The notes below the pieces were generated by a model. It searched no databases. It was not told where the DNA came from and saw only the letters and a program-made list of their open reading frames with translations. From Armatimonadota bacterium (lineage in GTDB: Bacteria > Sysuimicrobiota > Sysuimicrobiia > Sysuimicrobiales > Humicultoraceae), in contig JBQTJP010000247.1 of the NCBI GenBank assembly GCA_052386995.1, positions 1 through 32,531 of the forward strand: 32,531 bases of DNA, in the 5' to 3' direction. Position numbers and translations under genes: made by a program. Below, in pieces: positions 1-9,386 of this stretch (position 1 is the first letter of the stretch; the number at the start of each line of letters is the position of its first letter).

Positions 1-17
1 GTTGGCTGCTTGGGCAT
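1..17 (-). CDS. 5' end of a gene running off the left edge (MPKQP...), product unknown
   Basis: ATG at 17-15 preceded by a GGGAGGG Shine-Dalgarno; only 5 codons visible. Confidence 0.5.
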
Positions 18-121
18 GGCACCCTCCCTGTAGGCGCCACTAAGGTTCTGCCCAAACTGGGCCTCGCGGAGTCGCGTCTTGAGCCGTCTGGCCCCGGGGC
101 GAAGGTGTTGCGACGCGGAAG

Positions 122-793
122 CTAGTCGCCGGAGGGAGGTTCCCGCAGCAATTTGTGCTCGACCGCCCAGAGCGCCGCCTGCGTGCGGTCGCGGGCGCCC
201 AGCTTGGCGTAGATGCGGCTGATGTAGTTCTTGACCGTGCCCTCGCTGAGGAACAGCTGCTCGGAGATCTGCTTGTTCGAGTGCCCTCGTGCCAGCAGCC
301 GCAGAATCTCCTCCTCGCGCCGCGTGAGCGGCTCGACCAGGGCCGGCGAGGCACCGGGACGCCGGTCGCGGCGCATCTCCTCCACGACCTTCGCCGCAAT
401 CGGCGGCGGAATCAGCACACCGCCTCCGTGGTGCACGGTCCGCAAGGCCTTCATGAGTTCATCCGAAGGAAAGTCCTTCAAGAGATATCCGACCGCCCCC
501 GCCTTCAGCGCCTCGAAGATAAACTCATCGTCGTCATAGGTCGAGAGGATGACGACCTGGGGCCCACCCGCGGCCCGGATACGGCGTGTGGCCTCGACGC
601 CGTCCACGCGAGGCATCCGGATGTCGAGCACTACCAGATCCGGCCGCAGTCGCAGGCTGAGTTCGACCGCCTCGGCGCCATCCGCGGCTTCGCCGGCGAC
701 TTCGAAATCGTCTTCGGATTCCAGAATCGTCCGCAAACCCTCACGGAAGAGGCGCTGATCGTCGCACAGCAGCACGCGAATCTTCTTCGGCAT
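122..793 (-). CDS. NarL/FixJ-family response regulator (receiver + LuxR HTH)
   Basis: MPKKIRVLLCDDQRLFREG; phospho-Asp in VVLDIRMP; GYLLKD; LTRREEEILRLLARGHSNKQISEQLFLSEGTVKNY. Start trimmed to ATG 793 by domain boundary. Confidence 0.95.
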   Translation of the reverse strand: MPKKIRVLLCDDQRLFREGLRTILESEDDFEVAGEAADGAEAVELSLRLRPDLVVLDIRMPRVDGVEATRRIRAAGGPQVVILSTYDDDEFIFEALKAGAVGYLLKDFPSDELMKALRTVHHGGGVLIPPPIAAKVVEEMRRDRRPGASPALVEPLTRREEEILRLLARGHSNKQISEQLFLSEGTVKNYISRIYAKLGARDRTQAALWAVEHKLLREPPSGD

Positions 794-809
794 CCACCAT
801 ACAGGGCCG

Positions 810-1985
810 CTATCCAGTGTGGGCTGCGAGCCCTGACTGTGGCAGTTCCAAGAGAACCTCGAATCCCCCTTCCGCCGCGTTGCGGTACGTGAATCGGCCT
901 CCCGCGGCCTGAGCACGCTCCTGCATGCCGCCGATCCCCATGCCCGGCTGCGCGTCCTTGACACCAATGCCATCATCCCGGACCCGCAGCAGGGCGCGCG
1001 CATCTTTTCCCTCGAGCGTCGCCCAAACCGTCGAGGCCCGGCCGTGGCGCGCCGAATTGGTCAGGCACTCTTGAAGGGTGCGGTAGAATAGGACTTCGTG
1101 AACAGGACTGAGACGGAGGTCGGGATCGGTGATGAGGTTCACGCGAATGCCGGTGCGCTCGGCGAACTGGTCGCACAGACGTCGCATCGCCTCAACCCCG
1201 CCGACGCCCTCCAGGTGCTCGGGGCGCATCGCCCGCACCGCGCGGCGGACCTCGTCCAGCCCACGACGCGCCGCCTCCTCGATCGTTGCCAGTCGGGCGG
1301 CAGCAGCGGCCGCGTCGGTCTGCAGGGTCCGCCTGACGGCCTGCACCTGCACGAGCAGTCCGGTCAGGACATGGGCGACGGCATCATGAACCTCCTGGGC
1401 CAGACGCTGGCGCTCGCGTGCGACAGACAGCGTTTCGACCTCCACCGCGTACGCCTGGAGGCGCTGGTGGGCAGCGTTGAGCTCCCGCAGGAGTAGCTCG
1501 GCCTTCTCCCGCGCCCTCCGCTGCTCGATCGCGAGGTAGGCGGTCGCCCCGATGAACATGTAGCCGAACAGGATGGATCCCATGACCTCGATGAGTCGCC
1601 CGGTCGGTACACCGATGAGCGCGAAGTTGGCTGCCAACGCGAGGTAGCCGACAAGGCCCAGTACGGCGGCGAGTAGAGGCGTGAAGCAGAAGAGGGCGTG
1701 GCCAAGGATGACAAAGTACAGCATGTAGAACGGACTTCGGGGCGCGATCAGGCCGATCGCGAGCGCCAGTCCGATTCCCGTGGCGATGAGCATCAGGTTG
1801 ACACGGCGTGAGAGCGCACGATCGGTCAGCAGGTACAGCGCTGCGGCCAGGGCGAGGAGCAGCCCGCCGAGGAGCAGGAGCCTGTCCAGCGGAAGCCTGC
1901 TCGGACCGATAGCCTGACTCACAAACAGGAACAGGTAGACGCCGTACCGGGCGATGTTGAGCCACAGCCGGACCTGTCTGCTCAT
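810..1985 (-). CDS. Membrane sensor histidine kinase, HisKA_3 (DesK/NarX-like)
   Basis: About 5 hydrophobic N-terminal helices; H-box ERQRLAQEVHDAVAH; N-box QECLTNSARHG; DDGIG and GMGIGGM G-boxes. Start ATG 1985 (alternative 1994). Confidence 0.93.
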   Translation of the reverse strand: MSRQVRLWLNIARYGVYLFLFVSQAIGPSRLPLDRLLLLGGLLLALAAALYLLTDRALSRRVNLMLIATGIGLALAIGLIAPRSPFYMLYFVILGHALFCFTPLLAAVLGLVGYLALAANFALIGVPTGRLIEVMGSILFGYMFIGATAYLAIEQRRAREKAELLLRELNAAHQRLQAYAVEVETLSVARERQRLAQEVHDAVAHVLTGLLVQVQAVRRTLQTDAAAAAARLATIEEAARRGLDEVRRAVRAMRPEHLEGVGGVEAMRRLCDQFAERTGIRVNLITDPDLRLSPVHEVLFYRTLQECLTNSARHGRASTVWATLEGKDARALLRVRDDGIGVKDAQPGMGIGGMQERAQAAGGRFTYRNAAEGGFEVLLELPQSGLAAHTG

Positions 1986-2036
1986 CGTATGCACCTGCTG
2001 TTCATGTTAGCCGAGGAGCGATCAGGTGCAGCCTGC

Positions 2037-2765
2037 CTACACTCCCCTTGTCGCCAGGATCAGTGGCAGCAGGACATAGGCCCAGAGGTTGCTCAGGGAG
2101 TGCATGAGCATACCAGGGTACAGATTCTTGAACTTCAGATACAGCAGCGACGGGATGAACGCCCAGAGGAAGACATAGACCATGACGCCGGGGCCAAAGG
2201 AATAGTGGACGCTCGCAAAGATCAGGGAAGAGAGTATCAGCGCCACCGGGGCGCTGCCCGTCCGTTGAGAGAGCATTGTCAGGACATACCCTCGAAAGAC
2301 GATCTCCTCGAGCACGGGGGCAAAGACCACAGCACTGAGAAACAACAGGATGCCATCTACGGACGTGTGAATACCCCAAGGCAAGTTCCCTGAGCCTGCG
2401 CGCCAGAACATGTTGGCCCCAAGAGCCCTGACGAACGCCTCGACAGGGGGCCAGAGGAAAATGGCGAGTAGTGCGCCGGCACCCGCGTATCCAATCGCCT
2501 TGAAAGACAACGAGCCTTGCAGGCCCACCGCAGCCAGGTTCATTCCTTTTCCACGAAGCAGGGAAAGGAGAATCACAATCGCAGCCAGAGTCCAAATCTT
2601 GTAAACCAGCAAAGAGAGAATCCACACACTGGTTATGCTTAGAGCAGAGGCAATGCCACGCAGATCAACGTTGAGCCCCCTCAGAACGGTAAAGGTCAAC
2701 GTGGTGAAGAGGAATCCCATCCAGGCCAGAGGGAGCCATGTTGCGGGTAACGCTTTGGCGTTCAT
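2037..2765 (-). CDS. CPBP family (CAAX/Abi) intramembrane glutamic protease
   Basis: Motifs EEIVFRG, FASVH, HSLSNL; multi-TM; GGAGG RBS before ATG 2765. Confidence 0.9.
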   Translation of the reverse strand: MNAKALPATWLPLAWMGFLFTTLTFTVLRGLNVDLRGIASALSITSVWILSLLVYKIWTLAAIVILLSLLRGKGMNLAAVGLQGSLSFKAIGYAGAGALLAIFLWPPVEAFVRALGANMFWRAGSGNLPWGIHTSVDGILLFLSAVVFAPVLEEIVFRGYVLTMLSQRTGSAPVALILSSLIFASVHYSFGPGVMVYVFLWAFIPSLLYLKFKNLYPGMLMHSLSNLWAYVLLPLILATRGV

Positions 2766-3030
2766 TTGCAGTTCCTCCGATAAACTGTTCGCTAACCTTT
2801 TCCCTGCGATCACGATCGCTTGTTCACGGTGATGAGCCCGCCCAGCCAGTTACCGGCGGCAGACGAGATAATTGCACCCAATGCCATCAGGGGAAGCTGC
2901 GCCCGGCGTCAGTGTGCCGCGCTGCAACTCGAGTCCCAGCGCCGCCACTACTCCGCACGGGATCATCGCGCCGCTGATCGCCTACACGACTTCGACATGG
3001 TCGCCTCCGTGAGGCCTGGTGTGACGGTCG

Positions 3031-4089
3031 TTACTCCCACCGGAACCGGCGTGCCGCGATGACGAACGCGCCGGCCGTCCAGGCGAGCAGGTAGCCGACG
3101 GCCCACACGTAGTGGCTCAGCGGCTCGCCGGCACTCCCCACGCCCCGCATCGCATCCACGAGGGGACTGAGCGGAAGATAACCGATGACAGGGCGAATCG
3201 CCTCGGGCATGAACTCGCGCGGCCAGAAGGTGCCGGACAGGAACATCATCGGAAAGTTCACCAGGCTCCCCAACAGGTTGGCCGATTCAGAGGACCGGGA
3301 CAGGCTCGAGATCGCGAACCCCATGGCGAAGAAGGCCACGGCCCCAATGACCGCCAGCAGTCCCAGATCGAGCAAACTCCCCTGAGTGTGCGCGCCGAAC
3401 ACGAAGGTCCCCACGAGAAAAATGATCGCAACCTGCAGCAACTGGATGATACTGGACCGGCCGACCAGCCCACCCAGGAACGCCAGCGGCGGGACGGGCG
3501 TGGCCATGACGCGTTTGAGCACGAGGCGTTCCCGCATACCGGCGACCATGAACGAGACGCCCATCAGGCCGGTCTGGGCGATCGTCATCGCGAGAATTCC
3601 AGGCATGAGGAAATCGAAGAACGTCGTGCGCTGCCCGGCCACCGCAGACGTCGACAGCCGGAGCACCGCCGGGGAGCCGCTCAGGCGCAGGTTTGCCTCG
3701 GCCACGAATCGCTCGAGGATCATCAGGGCGGTCCGGCTGGTCTGCTCGCGGCCGCTGTCATAGAACGCCTCGAGGGTCGTTCCCTGCCTGGGAACGACGA
3801 CGACAAGAGAGCGTTTGCCCTCACGCAGCCGCGCGAGCGCGTCTGCGCGCATCTCCTCAACGACGGTGAAGACCGTGACGCCGCGGAGGCCGGTCAGCAG
3901 CGGGGCGGCAACCTGGGGATTGCCTTCATCCACTACGGACACGCGGAACACCAGGCTGTCGGTGCGCCCGAAGGCCAGCCCGATCAACGTCATCAAGATG
4001 ATGGGGAACATTACTCCGAAGAACAGCGCGCTGCGATTGCGTACAAACGTCTTCACGCTCGTGCTGATCATTGCCGTGAAGGCTCTCAC
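3031..4089 (-). CDS. ABC-2 type exporter permease
   Basis: FPIILMTLIG N-terminal TM, extracytoplasmic loop, FLMPGILAM, FLSGTFWP...PLSPLVDAMR; GTGA overlap with the ATPase stop. Confidence 0.92.
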   Translation of the reverse strand: MRAFTAMISTSVKTFVRNRSALFFGVMFPIILMTLIGLAFGRTDSLVFRVSVVDEGNPQVAAPLLTGLRGVTVFTVVEEMRADALARLREGKRSLVVVVPRQGTTLEAFYDSGREQTSRTALMILERFVAEANLRLSGSPAVLRLSTSAVAGQRTTFFDFLMPGILAMTIAQTGLMGVSFMVAGMRERLVLKRVMATPVPPLAFLGGLVGRSSIIQLLQVAIIFLVGTFVFGAHTQGSLLDLGLLAVIGAVAFFAMGFAISSLSRSSESANLLGSLVNFPMMFLSGTFWPREFMPEAIRPVIGYLPLSPLVDAMRGVGSAGEPLSHYVWAVGYLLAWTAGAFVIAARRFRWE

Positions 4090-4997
4090 TCGCGCAACCT
4101 CCTTCCGGTCATGGTCAGAAAGACGTCTTCGAGCGTGGGTTCCTGCAGGCGCAGGCTGTGATAGTGGAGTCGCCCCGCCTGCCTGAACTCGACCACGGCA
4201 TGGAGCGTGCCCAGCGGGTCACGTGTGTGCAGGAGCAGATCGCCGTTGGACCGCGTGACGTCCTCCAGGCCGGAGACCCCGCGCAGATCCGCCTCCGATG
4301 ACTCCTCGCCCAGCGCAATCGTGCTCATGCCCGCGTGCCGCCCGATCAGCTCCCGTGGCGTGCCCAACGCGATGATCTCCCCATGGTCCATGATCGCTAC
4401 GCGATCGCAGAGCCGCTGGGCTTCTTCCATATAGTGGGTGGTGAGCACGACCGTCCTGCCGTCTGAGCGGATGCGCTCGATGATGTCCCACAGATGCCGC
4501 CGCGCCTGGGGGTCTAGCCCCGTCGTCGGCTCGTCGAGGAAGATCACTTTCGGATCGTTGATCAGCGCGATTGCCAGCGAGAGGCGCTGCCGCTGCCCGC
4601 CCGAGAGGGTCTCGACGAGCGATCGGCGCTTCTCGGCCAGCCCCAACGACTCAAGCAGGCCTGCCGCCGGCTGCCTGCGCCGGTGGAAGGCGCCGAACAG
4701 GGTGACGGTCTCCTCCACCGTCAGCCGGTCGAAGAACCCACCTTCCTGAAGTTGCACGCCGATAATTGCTTTAACGCCGTTGGGATCGCGTCGCACATCG
4801 ATACCGTTGACGACGACCGTCCCCTCATCCGACCGCCGCAGGCCCTCGATGATTTCCAGGGTGGTGGTCTTCCCCGCGCCGTTGGGACCCAGGATGCCGA
4901 AGATCTCTCCAGACTCGACCGCAAACGACACGCCGCGGACAGCCTCGACGTCTCCGTAGCGCTTCCGGAGGTCGCGCACGCTCACAATCCCGTCCAT
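4086..4997 (-). CDS. ABC transporter ATP-binding protein (DrrA/NodI-like)
   Basis: Walker A GPNGAGKTT, LSGGQ signature, Walker B IFLDEPT, TTHYMEEA, C-terminal PTLEDVFL; GGAGGTGA RBS. Confidence 0.96.
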   Translation of the reverse strand: MDGIVSVRDLRKRYGDVEAVRGVSFAVESGEIFGILGPNGAGKTTTLEIIEGLRRSDEGTVVVNGIDVRRDPNGVKAIIGVQLQEGGFFDRLTVEETVTLFGAFHRRRQPAAGLLESLGLAEKRRSLVETLSGGQRQRLSLAIALINDPKVIFLDEPTTGLDPQARRHLWDIIERIRSDGRTVVLTTHYMEEAQRLCDRVAIMDHGEIIALGTPRELIGRHAGMSTIALGEESSEADLRGVSGLEDVTRSNGDLLLHTRDPLGTLHAVVEFRQAGRLHYHSLRLQEPTLEDVFLTMTGRRLRE

Positions 4998-5014
4998 GGT
5001 TCACCTCCGTGATC

Positions 5015-5090
5015 ATGGTAGGAGGCGGCGCCGGGCGCGACTACACCCGCCGGTCACGGTTTCGAGTACAGGTCACATGACCGGGGTCAT
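5015..5090 (-). promoter_or_regulatory. Putative ABC operon promoter (-10 TACCAT) with upstream ATGAC-N4-GTCAT inverted repeat, a candidate response-regulator site
   Basis: -10 at 5020-5015; palindrome 5077-5090; extra GTGAC half-sites at 5072-5076 and 5053-5057. Confidence 0.5.
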
Positions 5091-5122
5091 CCTGCTCGGT
5101 TGTCGACGGGGCAGCGGGCTCG

Positions 5123-5905
5123 TCAGGCTCCCGGGCCCTCGCCGGTCGGGCCCTCGCCTTCGGGCGGCTGAGGACTTTCGGGAGGCGTCGGCTCGGAACG
5201 ACCCGTCTGCTCTAGGTCGAGCCGCCGTGCAATCTCTTTTGCTTGTTCCCGCAATTGACGGATCTCCACGACCGTGGCATGAAGCTTGTCAAACAGAGGC
5301 TTGCTTCCCTCGATGCCCGTTTGGATCAACCACGCCGCCGCATCACTCCGCGTGGCGCGGACGCCTGCCTCGATCAGGGTATCAATCGCCTCCAGATCTC
5401 GATCGTTCACGCGGCACATCACCACGTTGGTCCGCCCCTCGGCCAACTCTCGAAATGCCGGCCCGCCGGGCAACGCCAGAAGCTGAATGACTTGATCCTG
5501 AACGTGTTCGTGGGTGAGCTGCGCCTGCTCGAGTACATTCTTGATGGGACCGCTTTCAAGTCGGAACAGACCAAGCAGAAAGTGCTCAGTGCCAATGTAG
5601 TTGTGCTTGAGACGACGCGCCTCAGCAAGCGCGAATTCGAGAGCCTTCTTGCCGTCCTCCGAGAAGCCAAGCTCCTTTTTTTTCGCCGGCCGGTCCCCGC
5701 GTCCGCCAAGGGATTCAACAATATCGCGCGCCGAGTCCAAGCTCGTCCCGAGTTTCGTGAGGACTTTCCCGCCAATCCCCTCCCGTTCGGCGGCAATCGC
5801 CAGGAAGAGGTGCTCAGGGCCGACGGACGCCCGATTCAGCCGCCGGGCTTCCTCCTGCGCATGAATAACGACCCGCCTCGCCCGCATAGTGAATCGCTTG
5901 AACAT
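5123..5905 (-). CDS. ClpC-type N-terminal (double Clp_N) domain fused to a ribbon-helix-helix-like domain; no AAA+ module
   Basis: MFKRFTMRARRVVIHAQEEAR...GPEHLFL and EARRLKHNYIGTEHFLLGL repeats; then TNVVMCRVNDRDLEAIDTLIEAGVRATRSDAAAWLI; GGAGG upstream of ATG 5905. Confidence 0.85.
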   Translation of the reverse strand: MFKRFTMRARRVVIHAQEEARRLNRASVGPEHLFLAIAAEREGIGGKVLTKLGTSLDSARDIVESLGGRGDRPAKKKELGFSEDGKKALEFALAEARRLKHNYIGTEHFLLGLFRLESGPIKNVLEQAQLTHEHVQDQVIQLLALPGGPAFRELAEGRTNVVMCRVNDRDLEAIDTLIEAGVRATRSDAAAWLIQTGIEGSKPLFDKLHATVVEIRQLREQAKEIARRLDLEQTGRSEPTPPESPQPPEGEGPTGEGPGA

Positions 5906-6055
5906 GGCCCGAATTCCCTCCGGAGGTGATGGCGTAATTCGCCATTGACGTAACCCGATTACAGAATTACACAGCGAGGCGCGGCTGTCAATAGACAGAT
6001 GCGTGGTCCGAAGGAGCACCTGTACGGGAGGCAGGCGTGGCTCGGAGGCCAGAGG

Positions 6056-7261
6056 TTATGCGCCTGAACGGCTTGTAGGGACGATCAGCGCGATGCTGGC
6101 CGTGAAGCCGTGCAGGAAGTTGCGCGAGCCAACCGGCCCGATCTCGCCGTTGCAGAAGAACCCGGCAGCCGGGAGCGGGCCGAGACGAGCGGCCAGCACG
6201 CCGGCATCGTGGTGCGGCGTTCCAAACAAACCGATGCCGCGGCCGTTGCAGGCGCAGAGCAACGCCGCGACCGCCTGCGGCGGAGATGGCGATACGGCCG
6301 CCAGCATCTCATTGAGGTCCTCATCGGCCGTCGCGCGATCGCGAATCTGAAACTGCACCGTCTGACCGACCCGTGGGAAGGCGGACACCGCCAGCGCGCC
6401 ACTGTCGCGATCAGCACCCACGATGTTCCGGATCAGGAAGTCGCCACGGCCCAATTCCTCCCGATACTCATCCATTGCCAGACCCACGAGCAGGTTGCCG
6501 CGAGCCCGGGCCTGCACTTCCGGCGGGAGCGTCTTCACGGTATCCGCCAGCACCTCATATGCCGGCCGCTGCGCGATGGTCTGAATGAGCTGGCCATCTG
6601 TGCCGGTGATCGTCCACGGACGGCCGATCGGCATGCAGCCCTGTGAGACAACCGTCCGCACCGTGTAGGCACCGCCCAGAGCCAGCGCGACGGCGCCGTT
6701 CGCATAGACCTGCCTGTTGAGAAACACGTGCGTGCGCCGCTGCCGGAAATCGCCGGACGCCATGCCCCCGACCAGGGGGGTCCGGGGATAGGCCTGCGAC
6801 AATGCTGCAAGGAGACCTTCGCCGTCGAGGGTGAACGGGTCGGCAAACAGGAACCACGCGTTCACGTCATCGGGAGTGACGCCAGTCAGCGCCCGCCAGT
6901 CGTCGAGACCTTTGCACCGCTCGATGTCCTGCTGCGTGACGCGGACGGGGCACAGGACCGCGCCCGGCAGGCGCAGCGCCAGCAGCGACAGTGCGGGTTC
7001 GCCCTCGATCTCACGCCCCGCGCCGATGACGCCCTGCCCGGAACAGCCCACGATGCAGCGCGCGCCCGTGGCGTCTGCAGTATCCGCGAGCAGCACGCCG
7101 AAGTCACCGGCATAGGCGTGGCTGGCGAACAGAAAGCACAGGTCGGCGGCCCCGTCCCGGCCGACGGCTTGCGCCGCGTGAAAGCCAGACATCTGCGCCA
7201 GCGCCTCTGCCAGGGCGTCGCGCCACCTGGGTTGCCTGCTGATCCCTGATGCCGCGGTCAC
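6056..7261 (-). CDS. FIST signal-transduction domain protein (FIST_N + FIST_C)
   Basis: VGCSGQGVIG, LFADPF, PLVGGMASG, VSQGCMPIG, CNGRG, GFFCNGEIGP...LHGFTA; start GTG 7261 is approximate. Confidence 0.9.
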   Translation of the reverse strand: MTAASGISRQPRWRDALAEALAQMSGFHAAQAVGRDGAADLCFLFASHAYAGDFGVLLADTADATGARCIVGCSGQGVIGAGREIEGEPALSLLALRLPGAVLCPVRVTQQDIERCKGLDDWRALTGVTPDDVNAWFLFADPFTLDGEGLLAALSQAYPRTPLVGGMASGDFRQRRTHVFLNRQVYANGAVALALGGAYTVRTVVSQGCMPIGRPWTITGTDGQLIQTIAQRPAYEVLADTVKTLPPEVQARARGNLLVGLAMDEYREELGRGDFLIRNIVGADRDSGALAVSAFPRVGQTVQFQIRDRATADEDLNEMLAAVSPSPPQAVAALLCACNGRGIGLFGTPHHDAGVLAARLGPLPAAGFFCNGEIGPVGSRNFLHGFTASIALIVPTSRSGA

Positions 7262-7305
7262 GTTTCCACGTTCTTCGCCAGGCGCGGAGCCGTTCCCGTC
7301 AAACG

Positions 7306-8280
7306 TCAGTCGATACGCAGGCTCTCTGCCATGACGAGGCAGTGGGACTGCGTCCAGACATCTGCACCACCTAGTCGATTGCGCCATTTCGGGATCGTCA
7401 GATCGGCGCACGCCTTGGCCACGCCGTTCAGATACCGATCGAAGAGCAGCCACTGATTCTCGAACCCGGTCTCCTTCGCGATGCCCATGAAGTCAACCGT
7501 CTGCAGCGCCTTCTTGGCGTTCGCCCTGACGTCGTTGAAGTATTCTATCTGCGTTCTGACATCCTGACGCGTCCCAAGACGTGTCAGGTGCCCGCCGATG
7601 AACGTTTCAAAGGGATAGGTCAACGCCTGTTGATGCGCGGCAAGAAACCCCGGGACATCCTTTGCCAGCGCCATGCTTAAGAATGGGATCCAGCCGGGGA
7701 AGACGATATCCACCAGCATCAGCACCCTCTGGCGGGGCGCGTAGATAAAGATGTTGCCCGGCTCATGGTTCACGCCCTTGTAGTCCAGGATCAGGGTCTG
7801 GTTCCCCAGTCTGAGAGTGTAGGTCTTGGTGAACGTCACCGTCGGAACAGGACGCTTGGGATCCTTCGCCCGCCGCAGGAGGTCGGCCGTCTCCTGCTGG
7901 GCGATGATCTTCACGCCCTTTGGAAAGATGTCCGCAGCGCCGATATGGTCGCCGTGCGCGTGGCTATAGATCACATGCGTCACCCGTTCGGTGGTCACGT
8001 CAGCGATCGCCTTGAGATATTTTTGGGCGAGGTTGGGCGGCGCGTCGACTGCGATGACGCCCCTCCCGGTCGTCAGGAACATCACCTGGTAGGTGCCGTC
8101 GGTAATCCAGTAGACGCCGCCCCTGATCTCCTGGACGAGGTACCCTTTATCCTGGGGAATGGCCGGGCCACGGGCCGATTCAGGGACGGGAGCAACATCA
8201 CTCGGGCCGGCCGTCCCGGGCAGGCTTGATGTCACCAGGAAGATGAAGCTCAGGGCAAGCAAACGAAGCGCGCGATGCAT
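7306..8280 (-). CDS. Secreted MBL-fold metallo-hydrolase
   Basis: Signal peptide MHRALRLLALSFIFLV; SHAHGDH motif; VDIVFPG; IGGHLTRLG; GGGGG RBS before ATG 8280. Confidence 0.88.
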   Translation of the reverse strand: MHRALRLLALSFIFLVTSSLPGTAGPSDVAPVPESARGPAIPQDKGYLVQEIRGGVYWITDGTYQVMFLTTGRGVIAVDAPPNLAQKYLKAIADVTTERVTHVIYSHAHGDHIGAADIFPKGVKIIAQQETADLLRRAKDPKRPVPTVTFTKTYTLRLGNQTLILDYKGVNHEPGNIFIYAPRQRVLMLVDIVFPGWIPFLSMALAKDVPGFLAAHQQALTYPFETFIGGHLTRLGTRQDVRTQIEYFNDVRANAKKALQTVDFMGIAKETGFENQWLLFDRYLNGVAKACADLTIPKWRNRLGGADVWTQSHCLVMAESLRID

Positions 8281-8364
8281 GAAACGCCCCCCTATTCTCA
8301 CGATGTTGTTGTTCCTCGGAACGGGTCGAGGTGCACGTGATATTCCCCATCGCTTCGATCGCAC

Positions 8365-9300
8365 CTAGATCCGCCCGCTGCGCGTCAGGCGTGCGTAGCG
8401 CCGGTACAGGTCGGGATCGAGGACGCCAGCATCGAGCGCGGATTTCACCGCGCACCGGGGTTCGTGGGTGTGAGTACAGTCGCGAAACCGGCAGCCATCC
8501 ACCAGCGCGGTGATCTCCGGAAAGAGATCTTCGGTCGCCTCCCGGCCCTCATCCTCCAGAAAACCAATCTCCCGCAACCCCGGCGTGTCCACGACCAGCC
8601 CATCACCGACGGTGAATGTCGCCGACCAGTTGGTGGTGTGGCTGCCCTTGCCGGCGACGCTGAGACCGCCGGTGCGAAGGTTGAGCCTCGGGTTCAGGAC
8701 GTTCAGCAGGCTGGACTTGCCCCCGCCTGATGGTCCGACGAACGCGACCAGCTTTCCCGCGAGGGCAGCGCGCAGACCCTCGGTGCCCTCGCCCGTGACG
8801 GCGCTGGTCAGCAGCACGGGAACTCCGGCCACGCCATACGGAGCCATGATCGCAGCGGCCGCGTCTGTATCGACCAGGTCTATCTTGTTGACGCACACGA
8901 GGGCGCTGCACCCGCCCCTTGCGGCCAGTGCCAGGTAGCGGTCGATCACCGCCGGCCTCGGAGGGGCCGCCACCACAACGACCACAAGGTCGAGATTGGC
9001 CGCCAGCACGTGCTCACGGGGCGGCCGCCGCGCGCCTTTCCCTCGATGGGCCGCGTCATGCCCGATCACGGCGCGCCGGGCCAGCCGCGATCGCCGCGGA
9101 AGCAGCTTCTCGACCGTGCCTTCCCAGGAGCCTGCCGGCTTCACCTCGACCCGGTCTCCCACTGCCAGGGGATTCGTCGCGCCGGCCAGCATACGCCGCA
9201 GCCGGCCGCGCAGAACGCAGCGCCATTCGCGGGCTTCCGCGTCACGCACCGTCACCTGCGATCCATCCGTACGTACAATCGTTCCGATAAATGCCTGCAC
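8365..9300 (-). CDS. rsgA: Ribosome small subunit-dependent GTPase A (RsgA family)
   Basis: OB-fold (AVGDRV), circularly permuted G motifs NKIDL, GPSGGGKSS, HTT, DTPG, and zinc finger CRFRDCTHTHEPRC; GGAGG RBS before GTG 9300. Confidence 0.93.
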   Translation of the reverse strand: MQAFIGTIVRTDGSQVTVRDAEAREWRCVLRGRLRRMLAGATNPLAVGDRVEVKPAGSWEGTVEKLLPRRSRLARRAVIGHDAAHRGKGARRPPREHVLAANLDLVVVVVAAPPRPAVIDRYLALAARGGCSALVCVNKIDLVDTDAAAAIMAPYGVAGVPVLLTSAVTGEGTEGLRAALAGKLVAFVGPSGGGKSSLLNVLNPRLNLRTGGLSVAGKGSHTTNWSATFTVGDGLVVDTPGLREIGFLEDEGREATEDLFPEITALVDGCRFRDCTHTHEPRCAVKSALDAGVLDPDLYRRYARLTRSGRI

Positions 9301-9376
9301 GTCGATCCTCCGTGTAGAAGTCGAGAAACACAAACGGCCGCGAGCACCCGCCCACGGCCGCCACGGAAGGATCGAC
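9301..9376 (-). promoter_or_regulatory. rsgA leader attenuator: SD/anti-SD helix enclosing a terminator-like hairpin
   Basis: 9301-9314 and 9362-9376 are near-perfect inverted repeats covering the rsgA RBS; inner 12-bp stem 9334-9345/9350-9361 (with G-U pairs) followed on the mRNA by UUGUGUUUCU. Confidence 0.7.
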
Positions 9377-9386
9377 GGTCAGCCGA

